In this document: one piece after another, positions 1-6,679 of the stretch
How the letters are laid out: the number at the start of each line of letters is the position of its first letter
Numbering within the stretch: position 1 is the first letter of the stretch
Origin: Fonticula alba ATCC 38817
Lineage: Eukaryota; Protista; Nucleariida
Length of the DNA stretch: 7,726 nucleotides
Reading direction: 5' to 3' (one strand)
Assembly (NCBI GenBank): GCA_000388065.2
Contig: KB932202.1
Notes under the pieces: model-generated
Databases searched by the model: none
The model's input: only the letters and a program-made list of their open reading frames with translations
What the model was told of the DNA's origin: nothing
Translations under genes and position numbers: made by a program

Positions 1-593
1 CCCCCGCCTCCCCCTCCGCCCATCTGAAGACTACCTGCCCCTTCCCCCGGCCACTGCCCAGCCCGCCCTCGGAAAATGACTCAGGCGCCGGATAACCCCG
101 CTCGCCGGACCCAAAGACATTGGCGAAGCTCCCCGCACGTACGCCCCTCAGCCGAGCCCAGGGCGGCGCCTCGACCGACCCCCACCACGTGGGGGGTTGG
201 CAAAACCAGCCAGATCGGGGCTCAACTGCTCGCGGCTCACTGGCACCGCCGAAGTGGAAGTCCCAACTGGATTGGGCGTCGGGTCGGTGGGGTTGTCCCG
301 GGGATCGCGTGATGTTATGTGTGGCCACGAGGGCGCGGAGACATCACGCGGGCCCTGGACGTCAGCGCCCACCGCGCGGGGCACACACACCTGCGGGGGA
401 GGATTCGGTGATCCGGAAAGGGAGCGCCCGTGTCTATTGCGTTCGCTTTTCTCTGGTCGCCTTCATCTTGGCGGGGGAGGGAGAGGAGGGGGGGGGGGGG
501 GACCGCAATTGGCGGGGGGGAGGAAAAAAAAGGCGCAAGGCAATACGCACGGGCACGCTCCCGCGCCTTGTTCCCTTTGCACCTACCTGAGCT

Positions 594-2091
594 CTACTCG
601 GTAGTGGTGTACAGAATGGCCGCATCATGCACAGCATCAATGACCTTGCCTCCGACGGTGCCCACGCGGCCAGTCGTGCCGAAGGTGGTAAATGCCCGGA
701 TCGGAGTGGACATCGGCTGCAGCGACACCCAGGACACGCCGTTGGCCTTGGCCAGGGTAAGCTCCACCTTCACTGACCCGAGGAAAAACTTGCTGGCGGC
801 CGGGTCGATCGGCTGGAACAGGGGGATGGTCGCCTTGAAGGCCTTGCGATCGGGCATCACGAGGAAGAGGCGAATCTAGGCGAAAGAGCGAGGCGAATGG
901 CGAGGCCGAGAGCCCGAAGGGGAAAAGGCAGAAGACCGTCAGAAGGGGATCACTGGCTACCACGAGAAGAGAAGAAGGGGGAGGGCGGAGAGAGAGAGAG
1001 AGAGGGGGGGGGAACGCCGAACACATACCTCCTCTTCGCCAAACTCCACCGAGCACTCGCTCTTGATGACGTTCTTGGCGAAGAAGGACACAATGACCGA
1101 AGTCTGGGTCTGGTACCAATCATTGCGCACATCGACCGGGGTATACTCGTTGCCGGCGGCATCGGTCACGGTCTGGGCAGCATCGGCAGGGGTGCCGCCG
1201 TTGGCGGCGGCCCGCTCGAGCGGATGCTCCAGGAACCGGTGACCGGTGACGGTACGGCAGCCGGCAATGGCCAGGAAGTCATTGAAGTCCAGCACCTTGC
1301 GGCTGCAGCAGGACCACCCCTTGGACCCCTCGTGAAAGACCGGCGTCCCGGGGTGGAAGGTGCAGGGGAGGTCGCGACAAGCGGCCGAGGCCAGCCGGTG
1401 CCCGCAAGACCTGCGCCGACAAGCTGTCCCGGTCGGAACTTCGACCGCAGGATCGTCAGCCATCTTGGTTTCGTCCATCTCCGGGGCCTTGGGCGCGGTT
1501 TTGACGACAATAGGCTTGGTGGGCTGGGGTTTTTTTTTCCCCCGGAAGCAGGTGACAGNNNNNNNNNNGGTTTTGACGACAATAGGCTTGGTGGGCTGGG
1601 GTTTTTTTTTCCCCCGGAAGCAGGTGACAGAGTTGAAAGGAGGCGCGAGGAGGGGTCAGGGGGGGGGGGGCCGCGTCAAGGAGAGAGGGTGTGCGTGTGC
1701 GTGTGCGTGTGCGTGTGCGTGTGCGTGTGCGTGTACGTGTGCGTGTGGTACGGAGAACTTGTGTGCATACCTTTGGCGTCGAGAGGTTCACACCGGCCAG
1801 CTGACTGGCGACCTCAGCCCCGAAGACCTCCTCGTCGGGAAGGCCGATCTTGCTGGTGTCCAAGAATTGCGGCTGGGCAACCTCCTCAATCGAGTGGGCC
1901 CCGACGCAGCAGCCTGTCAGCTCAAGGAACTCGTCAAAAGAAAGGACCTTGGTGCTCGGGCAGCAGGACCAACTCTTGAGGCCCTCGTGGAAAACCGGCA
2001 TCCCGGGGTGGAAAGTACACGCGTCGTTGGGATTGCTGGCCGGATCATACTTCTGTCCGCAGCCGCGACGCTTGCACAGAAGGAGGGTCAT
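594..2091 (-). CDS. CHORDC1: CHORD domain-containing protein (2x CHORD zinc-binding domains + CS/p23-like domain), Hsp90 co-chaperone; complement(join(594..875,1029..1523,1771..2091)), 365 aa
   Basis: Exon 1 (ATG at 2091) encodes CHORD-I: LLCKRRGCGQKY...CTFHPGMPVFHEGLKSWSCC...FDEFLELTGCCVGAH. Exon 2 encodes CHORD-II (CRRRSCG...CTFHPGTPVFHEGSKGWSCC...FNDFLAIAGC...H) and the start of the CS domain (VRNDWYQTQTSVIVSFFAK). Exon 3 completes CS (IDPAASKF..KVELTLAKANGVSW) and stops at TAG 596-594. Introns: 1770..1524 (AAG|gtatgc...ccccag|CCC) and 1028..876 (GAG|gtatgt...cctag|ATT), both phase 0. Exons 321+495+282 = 1098 nt. Confidence 0.95.
1497..1630. other. 10-N scaffold gap (1559-1568) flanked by an identical 62-bp duplication (1497-1558 = 1569-1630); probable unmerged contig overlap
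   Basis: Base-by-base identity of the two flanks, including the T9 and C5 runs, on either side of exactly 10 Ns. Confidence 0.9.
1689..1747. repeat. (GTGTGC)n hexamer microsatellite, about 10 units, in CHORD intron 1
   Basis: Tandem gtgtgc units with one gtgtac variant at 1731-1736. Confidence 0.95.
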
Positions 2092-2530
2092 GATGTTGCG
2101 GGGGGGGGGGAGGGGAGCAAATGCGGCAAGGAGGAGGGGGAGAGGAAGGTGTGGGTGTAAATGCAGGGAGCCTGGTGAGTCAGGGCCAAGGGGCTCCCAC
2201 TCCGACTACCGCCATCTGAAAGATCCCTCCCTTACTTCGCGATGGGGGGGGGGGGGGAGCGAAGGAGCGGACTCCCCGGTCCTAGCCCCTTGAGACTGGA
2301 ACGCAAGCTGACACACACCCGCCTGGCACAGCCGTCCGGCCAAACGCCACTCAACCACCGGTAATCCGGTTGCAAGCTGGCGGCCGAGGGACGGGCGGAA
2401 AGGGGGAGAAAGCGGCGTGATCGTTGGGATCTTAGAATTCCTCGGGAAGGGCGCAGACCGCGCCAGAAAACCGAGTGCTAACTGGCCGGCGCGTGCCGGC
2501 CCCGGAGGAGGGCCGAGGGGGCGGGGGGGG

Positions 2531-2545
2531 GGAATTTTCTAGAGC
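2531..2545. promoter_or_regulatory. Heat-shock-element-like motif gGAAttTTCtaGAgc
   Basis: 8/9 match to nGAAnnTTCnnGAAn, about 440 bp upstream of the CHORD ATG. Confidence 0.4.
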
Positions 2546-2684
2546 GCATCGATTTTCGCCAGCAGGAACACTGTTCAAGGGCGCTCCGTCATCGTATGTC
2601 AAAAATAAACACCCGGAAAGGAGAGGCCCTGGAGAGGATCCTGCCCCCGCCGGGGAGGAGGGGGGGGGGTGGCAGTTCGAGGAG

Positions 2685-2702
2685 GTGGAGAGTGCTGATT
2701 GG
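2685..2702 (-). promoter_or_regulatory. CCAAT box within an ERSE-like CCAAT-N9-CCAC motif
   Basis: Minus strand reads CCAAT cagcactct CCAC(C); canonical ERSE is CCAAT-N9-CCACG. Confidence 0.3.
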
Positions 2703-3196
2703 TTAAGGAGCAGAAAAATCCCGCTTTGCCCCCGGGTGTCTACAGCCGTCCGGAGGCCGGACCACACCCACCAACACAGTCCCCTTTCAACCGCTGATCG
2801 ACCCCATTCGGTCTGTCCACCCCCCCCCCACACACACACACACACCGGCCCGAAGACCAGAGGACACCCGGGCGATCACCCCCGGCAACTGGGGCAGGGA
2901 CAACCAGAGGGAGGGGGGGAGCGGGAAGGGGCCAGTCTCCGGGGCCATTTTTCAGTTCTTTCCCCCCCGGCCCCTGGCTGAGTTACAATCCAGAGGTTAG
3001 CCACCCAACTTCATCCCCCTCCCCCTCTCCCCTCCTCTCCCTTCCGCCTCCTGCCCTTCATCCCCCCTGCCGCGGTCTCCTCTGAGCCGTAGATTCCTTT
3101 CCCCTCCCCCCTCCTCTTCCCTCCTCCCCCCCCCCCCGCTGCACGCTTCCAATTTCCCGGTGGCGGGAGATCTACGCTCCTCCCACACCGCCCGAC

Positions 3197-3313
3197 ATGC
3201 ACAACGCGCCACCCACCCTCTCCATAAGGCGCTCGGGCCTGTCGGCTCTCAAGCAGCTCTCTGCCTTGGTAGTTTTGCTGCTGATGCTTTCGACGGCCGG
3301 CCCGGCGGGCGCC
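3197..3313 (+). other. Predicted ER signal peptide of the DNAJC3-like protein
   Basis: Basic n-region (IRRSG..K), hydrophobic core LSALVVLLLML and small-residue c-region AGPAGA|SEK. The start could alternatively be a downstream ATG (about 3284), but that would truncate the hydrophobic core. Confidence 0.7.
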
Positions 3314-5915
3314 TCCGAGAAGAGTACGCACTCGACCACCGGTCCCCATGCTCCCCCTTGCCACGTCAACTTTGCCACGACTTGCTGACCAAAATCAGCT
3401 CCCGTTGAGGCGGCCACGGCCGCCCTACGCAGTGGCGACAGCAAGGGCGCATTGGCCATCCTAACGGGTCAACTCAAGGAAACTCCGACTGACTGGAACC
3501 TGTACTACAACCGTGGTATGGTTCATGAAATCACGGGCGGCCCGTGGGCCGCCCTCGCCGACTATCAGGAGGCCCTTGGGCACCTTGATGGCGCCGTTCG
3601 GGCTGGCGTCGCTTCGGCCGACTCGCTGGCTCGGCTGCAGGGGACCTTCTGTCGGACGGCCCTGAAACTGGGCTTGGGCGTGGGTCTGTCCGAGACTCCG
3701 AAGGACCGCGAGTCTCGAGTGACCGAAACTTGCACCTCGGCCGGGGCAGCGGACCCGAAGCTCCGCGATGCGTTTGCCGCGCAGCGGGCCACCGTGACCC
3801 GGGTGAATGCTGCGCTGGCCTCCCGGCGGGCTTCGGCCCCGGAGCTCCTCCGCCTGCTGGGCGATGCGGTCATGGCGAGCCCCTTCTCACGGCAGCTTCT
3901 GGAGCTGCGTGTCAATGTGGCCAAGAGCGCCGGCGATCGTGCCCAACACTCAAGCGACATCAAGTGCGTTTCCGCGCCGCGCACGCCCATATCGCCTGGA
4001 GGAAAAGGTTTTTCCTCTTTGTTCTGCTTTTTTTTCTCCGGCTGATCCTCTCCCTCCGCCCTCGCCTCCCCCGGTGGTGGCCTACATGGATGCATGTATT
4101 GACTTTCCCTCCGTAGCCGGTTGATCGAGCTGTTCCCAAGCGACCTGAAGTACCTGGTGATCAAGACCGAGCTCCTGCTGGCAGATGGCGACCTGGCCAA
4201 TGCCTCAATGTACGTACAGGCCGATCTACCTCCCCCTGTGCGCCCCCCCTTGCCAAGCGCTGACATCCCCCATGGAGAATAGTCTTCTGCAGCGCTGCCT
4301 CCGCAGTGATCCCGAAAATAAGCCCTGCCTTGATATCCACAAGGTGCGCACCCTTCTTCCTTCTCTTCCTTCTCCTCCTTCTCTTCCTTCTCTTCCTTCT
4401 CTTCCTTCTCTTCCTTCTCTTCCTTCTCTTCCTTCTCTTCCTTCTCTTCCTTCTCTCTTTCCCCGTCTCCCGAACTGTGTCCTGCACCTGCCTGTTGACT
4501 CATGTCTCTTCTCATTCGTTTGCCCCCCCGCCCCCATTGCTCCAAGGTTGTCCGGAATTTTGACCGGCTGCACAAGAGTCTGGAGAAGCAACTTTCCGAG
4601 AAGAAGTTCACGACCGTGGTTGAACGTGCGCAAGCCGCGCGCGGGACCCTTCCCGCCAGCATCAAGCCGCGCCAAGAGTACCGCCTGGCCGGGCTTGCCT
4701 GTCGGGCGATGAGTGAAGCCGTGCAGGCTCACTCGGCGGCCAATTCCGCCTCGGCGGCTCCCTTTACCGCGGAGAAGGCGGCCGCGACATGCGCCGAGGC
4801 CATCGCCCTGATGGAGAAGTCCGTTCCCATGGTCCCGATGCAGGGAATGCATCCGCATGCGCCGCCGGAGATGGCCCCGGAGGCGCCGGACAACCGCACC
4901 ATGCTTTCCATGCTGCTGGCTGCCCGGGCGGAGGTGCTCATGCTGGCATCGGCCGATGCCAGTCTCGAAGCTGCGCAGGCCGATTTCACTCGAGCTGCCA
5001 GCCTCGAGTCGGATGCCAGCCGCCGGGCCCGATACAAGAACGGCGCCCTGCGCGCGGCGAATGCCATCAAGACGCGCAATAATGTTGACTACTACAAGGT
5101 TCTTGGCGTGCCGCGCAATGCCAACAAGGCGGCCATCAAGAAGGGTGCGTGGCTCTGTCTCGGCGCCATCGAGCAGTGGATTCTCCTTCCTTCTCTCCCT
5201 CTCTCCCCTTATCTCTTGAGCAGGCTTTGTTTGTCTGTTTGTTTGTTTGGGATTTTTTGGGCTCGAATCGCACACACACATACATACATACACACTATGC
5301 TGTCCCCATAGCCAAAGCCCATGTGCTAACATCCCACACCCCGCATGCGCGCCTGTGCCACACTACACCCACACCCATGTACACAGCCTACCGCAAGCTG
5401 GTCCTCGAGTGGCATCCAGATAAGTATGAGGGAAATGACCGCGAGGAGGCAGAGCGTAAGATGGCTCAGATCAACCTGGCCAACGAGGTCTTGAATGATG
5501 ATGGTACGCGCGAGGAGAGAGTTATCCTGGCCCCGTGTGTGGCCTTTGACCGAGCCATGGGGATTTCGCCCTGGCCCGGATGGCGCGCGCGCGCGCGCCG
5601 CCGCCGCCGCCGCCCCATACGTGTTTGCTAACATGCCCGCTGCTCTCCACCCGACTGCGCCCGCCACCACCACCCCCGCCCCCCTGTGGTCCCCCTCCCC
5701 TTCCAGAGAAGCGCAAGCTCTTCGACAGCGGCATCGATCCCAACAACCCGGAGAGCCAGCAGCAACAGCAGCACCATCACCATCACCCCTTCCACCATCC
5801 CTTCGGCGGTGGTGGCGGTTTCCGCCACAATTTCCACCACACCCACTTCGGACATGGTGGCGGTGGCGGCGGTGGTCACCGGCAGCAGCAATTCAACTTT
5901 GGCTTTGGCTTCTAG
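3197..5915 (+). CDS. DNAJC3: DnaJ homolog subfamily C member 3-like (P58IPK/ERdj6): signal peptide, TPR repeats, C-terminal J domain; join(3197..3323,3399..3963,4117..4209,4283..4343,4547..5144,5387..5503,5707..5915), 589 aa
   Basis: Hydrophobic N-terminal leader (LSALVVLLLMLSTAGPAGA). TPR-like helices (WNLYYNRGMV..AALADYQEAL; LLELRVNV..; GDLANASILLQRCLRSDPENKPC, matching the DNAJC3 motif GDHELSLSEVRECLKLDQDHKRC). J domain [32 protein letters not shown] with intact HPD (5413-5421), followed by EKRKLFDSGIDPNNPE, typical of DNAJC3. Six GT-AG introns with compatible phases (1,2,2,0,1,1): 3324..3398, 3964..4116, 4210..4282, 4344..4546, 5145..5386, 5504..5706. Exons total 1770 nt, stop TAG 5913-5915. 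Orthology to DNAJC3 rather than DNAJC7 is inferred from the signal peptide, Cys pairs and tail. Confidence 0.9.
4359..4457. repeat. (CCTTCTCTT)n 9-bp tandem repeat, about 11 units, in DNAJC3 intron 4
   Basis: Units start at 4359, 4368 (variant) and every 9 bp through 4449; pure pyrimidine strand. Confidence 0.95.
5582..5612. repeat. GG(CG)7CC perfect palindrome followed by (CCG)5 in DNAJC3 intron 6
   Basis: ggcgcgcgcgcgcgcgcc at 5582-5599, then ccg repeats. Confidence 0.9.
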
Positions 5916-6205
5916 GCAGGAGAAAAAGTACAACACGATCAGCCAGAAGCATTTCCAGAGCAGCCGAGGATGCTGGGGGGGGGGGGGGGGGGCAAGAGTG
6001 ACTCTACGCGCGGCGCGGAAGAGAAAGCATGCCCCGCCCCCCTCCCCCTCGGCTTGGTGGCTGGCCAGTTCCGGAATCTTCAGAAATATACACTAGTACA
6101 TGTGACATGGACGCGTGACTTCCCGAAGCCCGGCTGTATTTCGCCCCCGGTCCGATCAACGAGCGAACGGCCAGGCCGGGGGAGCTGTTGCCGGTGGTGG
6201 CGGCG

Positions 6206-6231
6206 GCGACGGCGACGGCGACGGCGACGGC
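6206..6231. repeat. (GGCGAC)4 short tandem repeat downstream of DNAJC3
   Basis: Tandem ggcgac units preceded by ggc/ggt triplets. Confidence 0.85.
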
Positions 6232-6424
6232 AAACACAAGGGGGCTGGACTTTTTCACCTGAAATCACAGTCGACCCTGTGCGTCCGGCGGGAGTTTCCG
6301 GCGTCGTCGCCGACCCAATGCGCTGTCCTCCTCCCCATTCCGGGGGGGGGCGTGTCTTGCCTAAATGGGGCAGCGAAAAGCAGGGACCGCAGTGTTCCAG
6401 GGACGCCCTCCCCCCCCCCCCCCC

Positions 6425-6679
6425 NNNNNNNNNNNNNNNNNNNNNNNNNNNNNNNNNNNNNNNNNNNNNNNNNNNNNNNNNNNNNNNNNNNNNNNNNNNN
6501 NNNNNNNNNNNNNNNNNNNNNNNNNNNNNNNNNNNNNNNNNNNNNNNNNNNNNNNNNNNNNNNNNNNNNNNNNNNNNNNNNNNNNNNNNNNNNNNNNNNN
6601 NNNNNNNNNNNNNNNNNNNNNNNNNNNNNNNNNNNNNNNNNNNNNNNNNNNNNNNNNNNNNNNNNNNNNNNNNNNNNNN
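6425..6679. other. Assembly gap, 255 N
   Basis: Run of N flanked by C15 (6410-6424) and G19 (6680-6698). Confidence 0.99.

Larger units (their letters stand above)
2092..3196. promoter_or_regulatory. Shared divergent promoter / 5' leader region of the CHORD and DNAJC3-like genes
   Basis: The two start codons point away from each other 1105 bp apart, with no recognisable ORF between them. Transcription start sites cannot be read from the sequence. Confidence 0.7.

Noticed and set aside
76-604. ORFs 76..312, 120..590, 148..390 and 197..604
   Set aside because: Pro/Arg/Gly-rich GC-bias translations with no recognisable motif or consistent splice structure.
897-1979. 360-aa plus-strand ORF and other ORFs antisense to the CHORD gene (430..879, 1360..2160)
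   Set aside because: Shadow ORFs of a GC-rich coding strand; they run through the N gap and microsatellites and have no domain motifs.
2565-2576. Palindrome GAACAcTGTTC resembling a steroid hormone response element
   Set aside because: Spacer is 1 nt instead of 3 and there is no reason to expect such receptors here; likely chance.
2996-3092. Possible 5' UTR intron of DNAJC3 (gag|gttagc...ccgtag)
   Set aside because: Donor does not fit the local consensus, there is a competing AG at 3085-3086 and no convincing branch point.
3197-3388. 63-aa small secreted peptide ORF
   Set aside because: It is DNAJC3 exon 1 read into intron 1; the TGA stop is part of the tgcTGAc branch point.
4214-4292. Alternative intron 4214..4292 (gtacag...ctgcag), also in frame
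   Set aside because: It would delete residues from the helix before the first Cys. The 4210..4282 intron gives a gap-free match to the DNAJC3 motif and has the GTRYGY donor.
3565-5332. Long minus-strand ORFs 3565..4665 (EEK repeats) and 4226..5332 (GRE repeats)
   Set aside because: Antisense to the DNAJC3-like exons; the repeats are translations of the intronic 9-mer array.
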